Source: the human T2T-CHM13v2.0 reference genome, Homo sapiens. From it: DNA of 64,000 nt. Made by a program: the position numbers and the translations under genes. Position 1 is the first letter of the stretch. The number at the start of each line of letters is the position of its first letter. Below are positions 46,600-61,230 of the stretch, one piece after another. A model generated the notes under the pieces. It was given only the letters and a program-made list of their open reading frames with translations, searched no databases and was not told the DNA's origin. Location: NCBI RefSeq assembly GCF_009914755.1, contig NC_060947.1; one strand, written 5' to 3'.

Positions 46600-46812
46600 G
46601 CTATTCTCTTGTGTATCTGGTAGAAGTTTATGTGATGATGGAAATGTTTTATATCTGCACTGTCTGATATGGTAGTCAGTGGCCACATGTGGCTATTGTG
46701 CACTGTATATGTGGTTACTGCAAATGAGGAACTGATTTTTTTTTTCATTTTACTAATTTTAAATACTTTAAATAGCCACATGTAGCTAGTGGTAACCATA
46801 TGGGACAGTGCA
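46600..46812. mobile_element. MER3-like DNA transposon
   Basis: gatggaaatgttttatatctgcactgtc..ggccacatgtggcta...aatagccacatgtagctagtgg. Confidence 0.8.
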
Positions 46813-47768
46813 GGATAATGTAGAATATTTAAAGTTATGGTCTCTTTTTTATGGCCAAAAGAAGCTGGGTATGTATAGTGACCCACAGTAACATTGACAT
46901 TGTAGTTTTCTGGAATTTTGGAGAGGCAGTCTAGACCCTGGTAGAGCCGTAGAGAGAGAGAGAGAGAGGGGAAGCCATAAGTTTGGTTCAAAATGGAAAC
47001 TGATTCCAGCGGGAGGTGTATGTTGTGAGAAAAGGGAGATGATGCCAGATTGGTAGGATAAAGGCAGAGTACAATAAGCTGGAATACCTAGAGGAGACAT
47101 ATGGACATGATACGATTGGTGATAGGGAACCATTAAAGATTCATGAAAAGAGGAGTGATAGATGAGTGTGGTGTTGCAAGGTCACCTTTGCCAGGCGTAT
47201 GAAGCTGCTGGGAAAGGATGTGAGTTATTGGCCCCTCCTTCAGTGGATAGGGTTGGGCAGTAGTGATTCACAAACTCCATCAAAACCCAGCCACATCAGA
47301 AAACACAAATGATTTATTTTTGCATTAGCTTCCAGTTATTGTGTGCCTTCCTGTGGTTCAGATATACACCACCATATATTGTGGAGGGCTTGTAGCTGGG
47401 GGGCTGTGGAGAATGGCCGCCTATGTGACAGGAGGCAGGCCAGTCACCTCTGCTTAGCCACAGGCAAAATTGCCATCTGTGACCCTGGTACCTTGAAAGG
47501 TGTGTCTTGAATGGCTCTTTGACTCTTCAGAAACAATCTGGGAGCCCATTCATTCTGTTCTCACTTGCCTGCTTCCTTTAAGGGCCGATAGCAAATTTCT
47601 AATTTTACTGTTAGGAGAATATTTTCAATCTCATTTTTTAACCTTTAAATTAAGTTGAACCTTTCAATTAAGTTGAATTAATATTTCTTCCCACTACCTA
47701 CTCCTTACTGCCCTCACTCCGTCCTTTATTAGATTGCTTATATTTCCATAACTGCATCGTGACCTTAG

Positions 47769-48128
<360 letters not shown>

Positions 48129-48479
48129 TGGACTCATTTTTAAGAAAAAGAAAAACACTATTAAAGGGATTCTCTCTCTTCTCACACTCTCCCACATGCC
48201 CAGCTAACCCAGCCACCCTCATTCTCTACCCTACCTGTACTCCCACCCTCCATGCCCACTTTGGCTCAGGGAGATGGTCCAGCTGAGGAACAGCCTCCCT
48301 TTTGGGAAAACATGCTCCATTTAAATCATACGTAGTAAGTCTTCAGAAACCCTGACCCTGGAGGGGCTTTGGGACACAACTGACAATTAAATCTCCTGGT
48401 GTCAGGAGATCTTGCAACTGAGAACTGAGTGCCCCTTCCACCTCACTCATAATTGACAGGGGCCAGTGCCTTGTGTGGG

Positions 48480-48562
48480 CCTCACCTCACCTGGCATCAC
48501 CACTCCTCACCCAACCTTACCTCACCTTACCCCACCTTACCCCACCATACCTCACCTCACCT
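48480..48562. repeat. Degenerate (CCTCA/CCTTA/CCCCA)n pentamer repeat
   Basis: Directly visible. Confidence 0.8.
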
Positions 48563-48789
48563 TCTCTCCTGCTCTTGAGAGACAACTAGGTAACTGTGAG
48601 TAGCACTTCTCCCTTGGCATAGTGAAGCAGCTTCCTCACTGATGCTCAATTCAAGGAAAGAGAAAAGTTCTTGTCTTGAGTTACCATGGGGCGGGGGGGA
48701 AGGGGAATTTTTTTTAAAAAACTACTTTGAGCTTCACACTTAAGATTTTTACAAAAATCAATTATATTTGGTTTCTCTTTTGATCATGA

Positions 48790-49045
48790 AGGTGGTATAG
48801 TTTAAGGGTTGAGGCATGGATACTACTGGAATCAGACACTAGTGGACTAGAATTTTGGTTCTATCACTTGCTAGCTGTTTGAACTTGGGGAAGTTTCTTA
48901 ATTTCTTTGAACCTCAGTTTACTTGTCTGTAAAATGGGGATAATAATGCTTGCCTTGCATGGTTGTTGTAAAGATTAGAGAGTGTCTGTACAGCATGATT
49001 CCTGGGACCCAGTAAGGACTCAATAAAAGGTAGTTGTTATTATTA
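48790..49045 (+). mobile_element. MIR, near full length
   Basis: tgaacctcagtttacttgtctgtaaaatggggataataatg. Confidence 0.85.
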
Positions 49046-51589
49046 AAGCAGGTCATTTATGTTTGTAACAACCACAGGGTTAAGCTCATTGTCCCAATAT
49101 CCTTTTATCTCATCCCTCAGCATGCTTGCTTTTGCCTTCCTGAAGCTGAAGATATTTATCCTCAGGGCAAGAGACATTGGGTGTGAGGGATTTAAGGAGA
49201 CAGATTTTCTTGACAGAGGGATTCTTAGGTCAAGATGAGTAAGGAAAACTCGAGAGCTGGATGAGTAAGGAAAACTCGAGAGCGGCCTTTGCCAAGGAAA
49301 TCTAAAGCAATTGCCACCCTGTTGGAGAGGTTTCTGTCCTGTCTGAAGGTAGGAATGGGGGATAGATGGATGAATGGATGACAGCCTTCTGCTAGCCTTT
49401 TGAAGAGTACATTCCCAGGAAAATAGCCTCTACTTTCTGCAGTGTGGGAGTGAGGGCGGGGGATGGATATTGTTTTTGAGTGAAGGAAACCTTGTGTTCC
49501 ATACTTAAGCATCATGTTCCCCCACCCTGGGATGCTCTGTTGGCCTGATTTAAGGAAAGCTTTCCAGTTGATCTTTTAATCTTCAGAAATAACACCAGAA
49601 ATCAGTTATGCCATCACTTTCCTTATAAAACTAACTAGCTTTCATTTAGCAGATTTTGTTCTAGGGATTCAGTGTGTCTGGATATTGAATTTTTGTACTG
49701 CCGGGGCAAGGTTTTCTGAGAGTGGTATGTTTGATGTGTGTGGATAAGGGGTTGGGGGTGGCTCAGAGGGTGAGGGTGTGGAGCATTGTCTTCAAAATCC
49801 CTGAGCAAGGCTGAGGGTGTTTCCATGTCTACTGCCCTAATGAGGATTCTAGCGAATAGGGGCAGTGCTGGCTCATTCATAGATATTAAAATAAAATGTT
49901 AAGTGGGCTTCCTTCTAAGAGTCAACTCTAAGGCATTCTCTCCAAATTTACTTGTCTCTGTTGCTATCTCTTTTGTTAGAATGAGAAGATACTCTTGAAA
50001 AACTGTTTATGATACAAATCTATATGTTAAATCCTACTTTTAGTGCAGAGAGGCAGCTTGCAAAAAGTACATTCCACGGAGAGCCTTTTAGACAAACTCC
50101 TTTGGTAATGTGAATTGTAGCCTTTGAATTTCTTGGTTGTTAAATCTTGATTTTTATGTATAGGTTTGCTTCAAGCAGTTTACCTATTTTTTACATTTTA
50201 GTAGAACGACTGGGTATGTTCCTTTTATAAAATACTCAGGGAAATGGAACCAGTGTCATGGTCTCCCTTGATCTAAGTTCCCAGAGACTTAAGACCTCAG
50301 AGCTGTAGCAGCAACTCAGCGAGTTCCATCAGCATACCGGTTCCCAGCAGCTTTTCTTTATCTGTATTTTAAGGAGTTGTATACAGAGTCACTTTTCATG
50401 ATGACAAGATGCAGGGTAATATGATTTGAAAAAAGAACTGAATGAATCTTTTTTTTCCCCTCTGTATTTTAATGGAGGCAAACTGAATGAATTCTTTCCT
50501 TAGTCTCTTCTGCTGGTCTTTGCCTTGGTTGAAACCTCCTTTTCCCTTTGCTCAGCCACCCTCTGGGGTTACCTGCTGCTTGGGCTGAAGTCCTAAGGCT
50601 TAGCGACAAGTAACCATGTCATGTTGCCTCTGAGGCTAGTGGGCACAGCTGAACACTAATATTTGGGCCCTAACTTTCAGCTTGATTTGAAGAAATGCCA
50701 CTGCTAAATGTCATCTTTTTTTGTGGATCCCTATTTGACTGACTCTTTGGATAAAACAGGTGGGCAGGCAACAAATTAAGTGGGAAATGTTTCTGTGAAA
50801 CAAATCCGTTTAATAGTGTTACCTCATAAATAAGTAACAAACACAACTCTACCCCCTAACCCGCACTAGCCCATATAGCCAGAATGGAAAAGTAGATTGT
50901 TTCTTTGTCGCTTCTGTTATGGTTTTACTTAAATGAATTATCAGATCAGACCCCTGTTTGTACAGAAGTTTCAAAAATGTTTGTTGTAAATTGATCTGAG
51001 CCAATTTGATTTTCCACAGTTAATTAGATTCTATTCTGGTAGGTATCATTAATCTCCAATAGTCAGAGGTAGGTAAGTGCTATAGGTTTTTCCCCCACAA
51101 CCAGTAGATTACAGTGAAAGGAATTCTGATTAAATTCTGCCACGTAACTTTATTAATAATCAGGCACAAGACAGTTATACAGCCTGACCTGTACACCCAG
51201 AGACATTCCAGTACTTTTTTTGCAAACCACCATACTGTGTGAAGGGTTCACCGGAGATAGATGTGACGATATTTTAGCAGTAGGACTCAGCTTACCTTCT
51301 AATTAGAGGGCACATCTGAGTCCTCCATTAAGTGTCTGGACATAAGATTTGTTGGGACTCCTGAGCCTAAGGTGTCATTTTAAAGGGGTGAAGAATGTTG
51401 GGCTAACCAGAGTCTTATATCCAATTCATGCAAAAGTGGGAGCAACTGAATATTTCTAAATGATATACCTGTCCTGAACACTAGCCAGTTTCCCTAATGA
51501 AATATTTCTAGTATCCATTGTTGTAACGAACAAACGATCAGAAGTACTTCAGAGCTGAGGCATGTAAGTGTGACTTTTTTCCCCATTAG

Positions 51590-52738
51590 AAAAAAGTTAA
51601 GGTATATTTAACATACAGTAAAATTCACCCTTCTAATGGTACAGTTCTGTGAGTTTTGACAAATGCATACAGTTCTATGAACACTCCAGTCAAGATAGAG
51701 AATATTTCCACCACCCCCAAAGATTCCGCTGTGCCTTGATTGTGGGATTTTTTAAGAGCAGCTTTACTGAGATGTAATTCATATACCATAAAATTCACCT
51801 ACTTAAAGTGTGTAATTCAGTGGTTTTCATATACTACATTTAAAAAAATTAGTTAAATATATACATATAACATACAAAATTTGCCATTTTAAGCATATTT
51901 AAGTGTACACTTCGGTAGCATTAATTTCATTTGGGATGTTATGCAACCACCACTCCTATTTCTAGCACTTTTTTTTTTTTTTAAATCACACCAAACAGCA
52001 GCTCTGTACACATTAAGCAATAACTTCCAATTCTTACCTTCCCCAGGCCCTGGTAACCACTGTTCTACTTTCTGTCTCTATAAATGTGCCTATTCTAGGA
52101 ACCTGTTATCGGTGGAATCATATAATATTTGTCCTTTTATGTCTGGCTTGTTTTACTTAGCAAAATGTTTTCAAGGTTGTAGCATGTATCAGAACTTTGT
52201 TCCTTTTTTAAGGGTGAGTAATATTATATTGTATGTATAGATCACATTTTATTTATCTGTCAGTGGACATTTAGGTTGTTTCTACCTTTTGGCTATTGTG
52301 AATAATGCTGCAGTGAATGTTAGCATACAAGTATTTGTTTGAGTCCTTGTTTTCAGTTCTTTTGGGTATGTATATACCTAGGAGTGGAATTGCTGGGTCA
52401 TATGGTAATTCTATGTTTAGCTTTTTGAGGAACTGCCAAACTGTTTTCCACAGCAACTGGCCACTTTACATTCCCACCAGTAATGTACAAGGGTTCCAAT
52501 TTCTACATATCCTCACCAGCACTTGTTATTTTCTATTTTTAAAATTATAGCCATCCTAGCAGTATGAAGTGGTATATCATTGTGGTTTTGTTTTGCATTT
52601 CCCTGATGACTAATGATGTTGAAGTTTATTTCATGTGCTTATTAGCCATTTGTATATCTTCTTTGGAGAAATGTTTGTTCAAGTTCTTTGCCCATTTTTT
52701 GAAAAAACTGGGTTTTTGTTGCTGAGTTGCAGGAATTC
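51590..52738 (-). mobile_element. L1M/L1MB 3' fragments (nested)
   Basis: ORF2 end (WQFLKKLNIELPYDPAIPLLGIY) on the minus strand; imperfect flanking repeat cttgattgt(g/a)gg near 51736 and 52738. Confidence 0.88.
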
Positions 52739-52827
52739 TTGATTGTAGGCTTTGATTAGAAATTTCAGTTGCTAACTAATATCACCCCTGGAGTTTGTAT
52801 TCTCAATTAGGGGTCTTCAGATGTTAA

Positions 52828-52997
52828 CAATGGTGTGTGGTAAATGTTTAAAGCTCTGATTTATGGCATTTGCCAATTTCCATGGTCAATTCCAAGCTAC
52901 CAGTCTGACCCCTCACTAAGGTAGCAAAGGAGTTGGGAAGAGATGTACACAATCAACTCTTTCTAGCCAGTGCTATTGGGCTTCCAGCATGCAACAG
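52828..52997. mobile_element. MER63-like hAT transposon
   Basis: gcatttgccaatttccatggt..caagctacca..gagttgggaagagatg. Confidence 0.7.
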
Positions 52998-54262
52998 AAT
53001 GTTAACTCACCACCCTATGGTGTAGAATAAAACTAACACAGAGGCATATTTATCACAGTGTCTACACTGAAACTATTTAAATTAAATTAGACATAACTAA
53101 ATAATTTTCAATTACAACACTTTAGCTCCTTCAATAAAAGCAAGAATAATTATTTGTTGAGCACATCATATGCTAGATGTGCTCCAAGTATTAATAGATA
53201 TTATTAGTAAATAGAGGAGGAAATGTAGAATAAGTTAGTAGTAGGCTGGGACTTGAAGTCAGACTCCAAAGCCCATGTGTTTGATCTCTTTACTGCACTG
53301 TCTTCTATCCCATTAGTGGAATTTACTTACTGAATGTTGACTACTATAAACAGAGTAGACTACTTTCTTCTAACCCCAGGGATGCTTCTGTGTTACTTTG
53401 TACCCTCCAGCCTCTCTAAATCCTGTTCAAATTGGAATTGAAAACTAAAGCTGTGGTGGTACCACATATCAAAGAACTGTAAGGGGTTAAAAATATCCTT
53501 TTCCTCGTTGCAAAAAAAGCATGTGTTGTAAGAAAAATTTAAGCAAGCGAGAAATGGCAAAAATAGAAAGTGAAAGTCCCCCATAAACCCATCTGCCAGA
53601 GATAATCATTATTAACAACTAGCATTTATTCTTTCAGAGCTTTTTCTTTACACATTTTTTTTAAAATAACAATGGGATGATTCCTTATAATCTGAGTCTC
53701 TTTTCACTTGATAATATAGTTAGGCTATTTTCCATGCCAGTGTGTATAGCTCTACTTTATTCATTTTAACAGCTTTGCTTCATTCATTTTAACAGCTACA
53801 TAATATCCCTTGTGTGAAGGAAATGTAAGGGATTTTGAAGGGCTATTTTGAAGAAGTGATGATAGGTGGCACATGGGACAAAAAGGTTGAAAACTACTGT
53901 TGGGTACCAACAATAGAGGCACTATACTTTCCATTTCTCCCCCCAGAGGCTACTATAACTTACCTGAAACCATAAGACGAAAATCCATGAGCACTGGGAA
54001 GAGTTACAGGAAAACTCAAACTAAGCTAGTCAGGGATAATTGAGAGATAAGACTACATATCAAATTCCTTCACATGTCTTTAGGGCTTTACAGCCCTGGT
54101 CTTTGAAACTCTATTTGGAATCTTTCTTAATCTCCAGTAGGCCCTGCTTTGAGTTTGGGAAACATTGTTTTCCAGGAAATACAACCTTTTAATTTCCCCT
54201 CATCTGTTCCTCATCTTGAGAGATGGCCACCATCATGTTTTCTTGCTGTGATAATCTGTCAG

Positions 54263-54425
54263 GTTTTTTTTTTGTTGTTGTTGTTGTTTGTTTTTGAGAC
54301 AAGGTCTTGTTCTGTCACCCAGGCTGGAGTGCAGTGGCGTGATCATAGCTCACTGCAACCATGAACTCCTAGGCTGAAGCAATCCTCCCACCACAGCCTC
54401 CTGAGTAGCGGGGACTGCCACCATT

Positions 54426-54465
<40 letters not shown>

Positions 54466-54587
54466 TTTCTACAGATGGGGTCTCACTATATTGCCCAGGC
54501 TATTTTGGAACTCCTGGGCTCACATGATCGTCCTGCCTTGGCCTCCCAAAGTGCTGGACTTACAGGCATGAGCTGACATGCCTGGCC
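54263..54587 (-). mobile_element. AluJ with expanded middle A tract
   Basis: Antisense Alu; flanking repeat tgtcag.tttt. Confidence 0.9.
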
Positions 54588-55309
54588 TGATATGTCAGTT
54601 TTCAGTGGTTGTCAGTGTTTCTTTGTTTTCTCCTCTGTCCTAGGCACTTGTCACTAGGAAAGTGCCTAATGACTCCATCAGGTGTGGCATTTATTATTGT
54701 TGCAACAGGGAATTGATAAGAGAAAAGAAGGCTATCTGGGGGATGAGTTAGCCAAGAAGTGGAAGAAGACAGCTGTTATTAGGTTGCTGTCAAAATAGCT
54801 TGCTTTACTCTCTGGCATGTATCACTCCAGGGAATGAAATAATCCAAGAATGATAAGCTCTCAATTGCCATCTGTTGGTTTGTGATGCTGCTTGCCTTGT
54901 TCTAGTTAACATTGAACACTGACCTCACATGGCACTTGGAGAAACTTAGAGGAGGATAAGATGATCATAGGGTGTAAAGCAAACTGACTGAACGCTTGCA
55001 GAGAGATGGGCTAAAGGCCAGTGGTATCAGTTTATCAGGATTTGTCTGCCTTACACTCTCTTATCCTTCCCTCTTTACCCCAGGGAGCTGGCAGAATGGT
55101 GTTTCCTCTGTAATATGACATATTTAGATTCTTTTACCAGTTTAAAGAAGTTAATTTAATGGGGGTAAAGGGGGCTAAGTTTTTAGGGTTGGGGTCAGGT
55201 ACTATCCTTTATAAGAAAGATTATGGGTGTTTGAAGCTCATGAATGGACATGTCATTATCTTTCAAATTACATGCTAAGGATCAGGTTTGTATCGTATGT
55301 ATTTTACTA

Positions 55310-55870
55310 TGCCTTCTGGTCCATATCTCAGACAAACCACTCTGTGCCAGCTGTGCTAGGTGCCAGCAGCCATGAACTGTGCCAGAGACCCTGCCTCCCT
55401 GGCTTAGGTTGATTGGACTGAGTGGCCACCTGTCACCAAGACAGCCCATCTGTCACCTAGCAGGTAACATGGGCTTGACGAGCTGAGAGCTGGGCCTTTT
55501 GTATTCCTCTCTTAGGAAATTAGAATTGGGAAGCTGAGAGCCTAAGGCAGTTTGTAACGGAAAAGAGCCAAAAGATGATGGGGAGTGGAGCAGTCATGAC
55601 AGTTCATGTCCTAGCTAGTTTTTTGAAGGGACAGAAACCATGAGCAAACAGAGGGACCTTGCAAGGGAGGAACAGAGATGCCTTGAGAGACAGAAGAGCT
55701 GTTTCCTACAGACACCATGAACCCAGAACCACTTTCCAGTTCTCCTGAGGCCCAGCTTTATCCTACCCTAGGATTCAAATGGGATACCTGTATTCTTTCC
55801 ACAAACCTCCCTTTTCTTGAGCCAGCTTGAATGAGACTCTGTTTTCCCACAATGGAAATTATCAGACCAG
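55310..55870 (+). mobile_element. MLT1-type MaLR LTR remnant
   Basis: ccctgcctccctggc..tgattgga..cacctg; 3' end cccttttcttgagccagcttgaatgag. Confidence 0.55.
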
Positions 55871-56674
55871 ATCTAGGCTCCTACCTTTACAATCGACTTC
55901 TGGGTTGAGTCAACAACAGTTGGTTTACATTTAAGGCTGACATGAAGTGCTGAAGACTATTCTAGGTATTACGGGGAACAGTGGAAAAACACAGATACCT
56001 GATTATTTCTGTCAAGCTCAGTGCTGACGTTATGGGCTTTGAATCCGTGTTCCTGGCAAACAGTGAGAATGAAAAGAGGCAGGGATCCTGACTGTTCATT
56101 TATCACTTCACAGCTCTCAACCAACAGGGGGCCTTCTTTATCCTATTTAACCTCTCAGTAGAGTATTTGCCTTTTGCTTATTCCTCTTTCCAGTCAACTC
56201 TTGATTATTCATGTAATAGAGGAAAGCATTAATGTGAATGATAGAAGACTGCCCCACCTTGGCCTCTCTTCTCTGCCACAGCAGCATCCAGTCACAGAAA
56301 TGGAAACAACTAGCAGGAGAGGTAAGGAGGCTGAAAAAAGGTGGGATGGGGCCAAGCAAATTAACATTGTTTCTTCTACTTTTATACCTTCTTTCTGTTA
56401 ATAAATGCTGCCTGTTTGAGTTTCTCTTCTGGTGTCACTAGGAGATTGCTGGAACAGCAATGCCATTTGCTTGATTTAAGTCAAAATATGGGATCTTTTA
56501 AAAAACTAAAATAGAGTTGGGGGCAATTGACTAGGCTGTTAGTTTCCTCTCCCATCTATTGTACCCCCTTTTGTCAGTGCCACCCAGCTTTCTTGTTGGC
56601 TGAGTTTAATGTTGGGCCACTAGCAACCATTCTTTGTTCAGGATTTGGGACTCAGCTAGCCAAAATATCCACAA

Positions 56675-56920
56675 TAGCATTTCTCAAAGTATGGTTCTTG
56701 ACCCACTTGCATCAGAGTCACCATGTGTGCTTTTTAAAAATGCTGATTCCTTCCACCTTGAATCCATTGAAGGAAAAATGCTAATTCCTGGGCCCTATCC
56801 CAGAACTATTGAGTCCGGATATTGGAGTGGGGGACAGAAATGGCTTGGCTTGGAAATATGAATTTTAACTCACCCACCTCCAGGTGATATTTATGTGCTC
56901 TCAACTTTGAGAAAGGCTAC
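56675..56920. mobile_element. MER5-like
   Basis: tttctcaaagtatggttc..gcatcagagtcacc..aaatgctgattcc..ccaggtgat..aactttgagaa. Confidence 0.75.
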
Positions 56921-57829
56921 TCTGTAAAATGGCCTGAGGGGATTTGGAGGGTAGCTCTGGGAAATTATCAACCCTTCTCTTTCACTCACTATTTGTAGAG
57001 CAAGTGAGTGGGTGGGGAGAGGAAAGTGGGGCATTCCAGGTGTCAGAAGGTATTTTTCAAAGTGCAGATAGTTAAAGGCTGTCTACTGAAAGGAAAGTGA
57101 AGAAAAATAGAGATGCCAGCATGCTAAATTAGATGACACTTAACACTCAAACATTTGTTGAATTAATGCCTGAATAATTAAGAGTTGATTGGGCAGAGAC
57201 ACAGGAAGATTGTGTTTAAGTTACAGACTTGGCTTGCATCCGTGTTTCCTTCTAAAGAGACCACCTTCTCCATTTCTGCATTGTCTTTCTTTAGAGTGAA
57301 AATAGCTAGTCATCCCCAACATATTTGGGGTTTTGTGGTAATTTAAATATCTAATAGGCACTGCATAATGCCATTCAATGGTTGTACCTAAATATAACCC
57401 TACTAATCAAAATGAGGATATTGTGTTTAAGAGTCTGGCTATATAGTCTCTGGTCTGATTATAGTGTTGAGTCTTTTTTCAAAAACTGTCTCTATGGAGT
57501 AAAGCAGGGTCCTGTGTTTCATTGCTTTCCAGACATTCCCCAACAAGTGCTGAATGGATTTTGTTGCAAAAGTTTCTTTGGAAGTCTATTTAGAATTCAG
57601 ATTGCATTTTCCCAAGGACACAATATTCTTCTTGTGGTTCAGGTTCCCAGACCAGCTGGCAAAAGCCTATTTAATGTGAAGTAGAGTAGAAGTCCAACCC
57701 CACCAGCCCCTTACCAGAATGCCTAAAAATATTTTTGATGGGGAAAAGCCTCAGGGTTCAGACCTGTGATCCTAGGCATACATCCCAGCTTCATTCTCTG
57801 AGCAGCATCATAGGGATTTATTGTTGGAG

Positions 57830-58335
57830 GGAACAATTCAAACTCCTTTTCTAGGTCTCCTAGGCTTTGTGTGAGCTGACCTTTCTGCTCATCTCTCCAG
57901 TATCATTTCTTACCATGTTTCCTCTGGCACTCTATACTATCCAGGCAAAAGGAACTACTTTAAGTTCCCTGAACGCATCTTTGTAACCTCTATACTATCC
58001 AGGCAAAAGGAACTACTTTAAGTTCCCTGAACGCATCTTTGTAACCTCTGGGTCATTTAAGCCTTTAGCTATGCTCTTCCCTCTGCCTGGAGCCTTCTCC
58101 TCTTGCCTATCCCTTCTCACTGGTGTTTTGTGTTACAGCTCTCAAAGCTCTGATCATCGTTTTTATTATAGAGTGATTTGTATGCTTTATGTCATTTATC
58201 TTCCCTTCTGCCAGACTGAATACTCCACAGAAACAAAGACCATGTCTGTGTTACTCACTGTAGTATGCCCAGCACTTAGCATAGTGCCTGGCAAGTAGTA
58301 GGTTCTTAATAATGATATGGCCGGTAAATGAATGA
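57830..58335. mobile_element. L2 3' region
   Basis: ctcttccctctgcctgga; gaccatgtctg..tcactgtagtatgcccagcacttagcatagtgcctggca. Confidence 0.8.
57930..58045. repeat. Perfect 58-bp tandem duplication
   Basis: 57930-57987 is identical to 57988-58045. Confidence 0.95.
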
Positions 58336-59143
58336 TGTTGTCCAGGGGTTCCCGCCCTCTTTTACAGATGTGGACCCTGAGATTTAGAGGGGCCAAGTTT
58401 TTTTTTTTTTCCAAGTCCATAGCAGCTGTTTTGGAATTAGAACTTAGGCCTTCTGACTTCCAGGCAATGGTATTTTCTTCCAGAGGTATACATTTCTGTA
58501 AATAAAGTCTGAATGCATTGGAATAACTTACCCTGGGGGTTATTTGTAGCAGTCTCAAATCATTTGATCAGGGTCACTACTGGTGATATATAGAGGGAAA
58601 TAGGAGAGTGAAGTAATGCAGAACATACCTTCTGTAATTTAGATTTGGATCATTTTTGCTGGGCCTGGAGAGGAGGAGCTAGGGGAGTACAGCTTACCCA
58701 TGGCGCTGCTTACGGAATTTAGACATAAGAGATGGCTGTTCATTATTCTGGGATTCCACATCTGTACAGAGTGTAGAACATAACTGAATACTCAGTAGGT
58801 ATTTCTTGATTATGCGATTTGCTAAAATCACTCTGCTAGTGTGTTAAAAATACCATTTAGAGTTTTCTATACCATTTACCATTTAATTGATAAGCATGTG
58901 GTTTGATAAATGTTGTTGTTATTATTGTTATTAGAAGTAGTTTTATGTAGTTCTTATAGAGATATAAGGGCCTTTAGATCATTTGATTTGGGGCCCTGCC
59001 TCAGCTATTAAAAATTGCATTGTACCTTAAATACCTGTTGCCTAATATTGTTTGCCTTCTCATTGTGACTCTTGGGGGTTTCTGCTGCTCAGAATAGAAT
59101 GGAATCTTTCATAAGACTGGATTAAAGGGCATACGGCCTAATG

Positions 59144-59486
59144 CAGCAGTCTCTAACCTTTTTGGCACCAGGGACAGGTATTGTGAAAGATAATTTTTCC
59201 ATGGACTGAGGTGGGGGGTGGGGGAGGATGGTTTCAGGATGAAACTGTTCCACTTCAGATTATTAGGCATTAGATTCTCATAAGGAGCATGCAACCTATA
59301 TCCAAAGCATGCAGCCTAGATCCCTCTCATGCTCCTATGAGAATATAATGCTGTCACTGATCTGACAGGAGGTGGAGCTCAGGTGATGATGCTCACTCAT
59401 CTGGCACTCACTTCCTGCTGTGTGGCTTGGTTCCTAACAGGCCATAGATTGGTACCATTCTGTGGTCTGGGGGTTGGGGACCCCTG
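59144..59486. mobile_element. MER1B-type hAT-Charlie DNA transposon, full length
   Basis: Terminal inverted repeats; perfect 8-bp TSD gcctaatg (59136-59143, 59487-59494). Confidence 0.9.
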
Positions 59487-61039
59487 GCCTAATGGATCAT
59501 CTTAGTAAAGTTCAGAGGCATTTAGGAGGAAGACCCATCTGATGACATGCAAGGAGGAAATATCTGTAGACCCCTGGAGAAGAGGGAAAGCAGTGCTTTT
59601 CCATGTGTAAGCTTGGGACTGAGGGTTGGATTTTTGTGGTAGGTACATGACTGGGTGGAGAGGATGACATTCCTCAGTTCTCCATTTGGCTTTCAGTAGG
59701 ACACACTTCAGGAGTCCCACATCAGGATGGCTTTTTTTCTCCCTGTGGCTAATTAAAACCATCGTAAGCCCAAAAGCTAAACTCAAAGGCCTTTGAGAGC
59801 CTTCCATTGGGCTGCCCAAAGTCCTTAGAGGCTGGTTGGCCAATGTAATGAATAATAAAGGAAATTCATTGAACACCGTTAAGAAAAGATAATGCATGTT
59901 TTCCTTCAAACCATCAATGCTTTGCCCCGTCACTGATTTGCTTGTGCGACCCTTCTTTTATGTCACTCTGAATAAACTCCCCTTTGTCTTTCTGGGCCGA
60001 GGGAACCAAATGACTATAGAGGGACTCTTATTGGAGTCACACATTTCTTTCCTCCTTGTGACTGCCAAACCACCAAACTCTGGGCCATTTGCATGTGTCT
60101 TAATTTCTCCTCATAATGTGGCAAAACACGTTTTGGTGCTAGGTACGATACAACCCTTCCTGGAGTGAACCAAATGTGGAAAGTGCTGTAATTTGAGGGA
60201 GTTTTCAGAAAAGAGCCTCTTCTGGTACAGAAAGGCCCTTTTTCCTTTTTTCTTTCTCTTTTTTCATTTATGCCTCATCATATTTTGTCCACTTTCAGCT
60301 CATCTCAGGCTGAATTTTCCCTTTGATGTCTGCTTTATAGAATAGCCCTTGCCTGAGAAAAGAGAACAAAAGGCCAACTCTGTGGCTTTCAATTTGCAGC
60401 GTCCCCAGCCCTTTTATCCATCTCAGTGCTTCCCTGGTTGGGAACAAAACCCAAGCTCCAGGGTCAGAGCACATACGGAGGAAGAACCCTTTTTGAAAAT
60501 CCAAGCACATGAGGAATTCATGTTTCATTGTCATCCTGCTTTGCAATTGGGTCAGGTACATATGTGGGGAGGAGAGAGTGGGCTTGGAAGAAAAAAAATT
60601 GGTTTGTTACCTCCACAAAAGCAGACATTCTGATTTTCCCCCAGAAGTTCCATTAAGAAGAAAGCAAGTTTTTAAGGGTTTAATTGCTAATTCAGGGTTG
60701 CTTTCAGCCATTAGGGCATCTGTATCAAGGCGCCTAGTTTGGGAGGTGGAACAGAAGTTTGACGTGCTAACATTTGGGAACTTTCTCAGACAGGATGTCT
60801 TTGTTATCTAATTTCTTTCCATTTTTCAGTACCTGCTTTCAGATTTCTACTTTTTCTCTTCTGCTTCCTTTGGTTTCAAATCACAGAAGACCTATCTCTT
60901 TGTGCTCCCAGCTTGTTGTCTTGGTTACAGGCTTCTTCAGCTTGCCTTCCTTTGAGGGGAATATACAGTGTAAAGAAGATTTTTTAAAATGGTGACTAAG
61001 GTCCCTTTCTCTAAGGTTACTGGGATATTAAGCAGTGGG

Positions 61040-61230
61040 TAGAACAGTGACTTGTAAACCCGGCTGTACATTGAAATCAGCTGGAGCACTTTAAAATACT
61101 GATGCCCAGGCCCCAGGCCCAACCAGTTGAGTAGGCATCTTGAGGAGTAGGCCCCAGGAATTTTTTTTTCTTTTATGAAACAATAAACTGCCTACGTGAG
61201 TCTAATGTGCATTCAGTATTTAGAACTGCT
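61040..61230. mobile_element. MER5A-like
   Basis: ggctgtacattgaaatcagctggagcactttaaaatactgatgcccaggcccc. Confidence 0.8.

Noticed and set aside
48480-58049. Short direct repeats as a possible CRISPR-like array
   Set aside because: Eukaryotic context; adjacent tandem copies without unique spacers; no cas genes.
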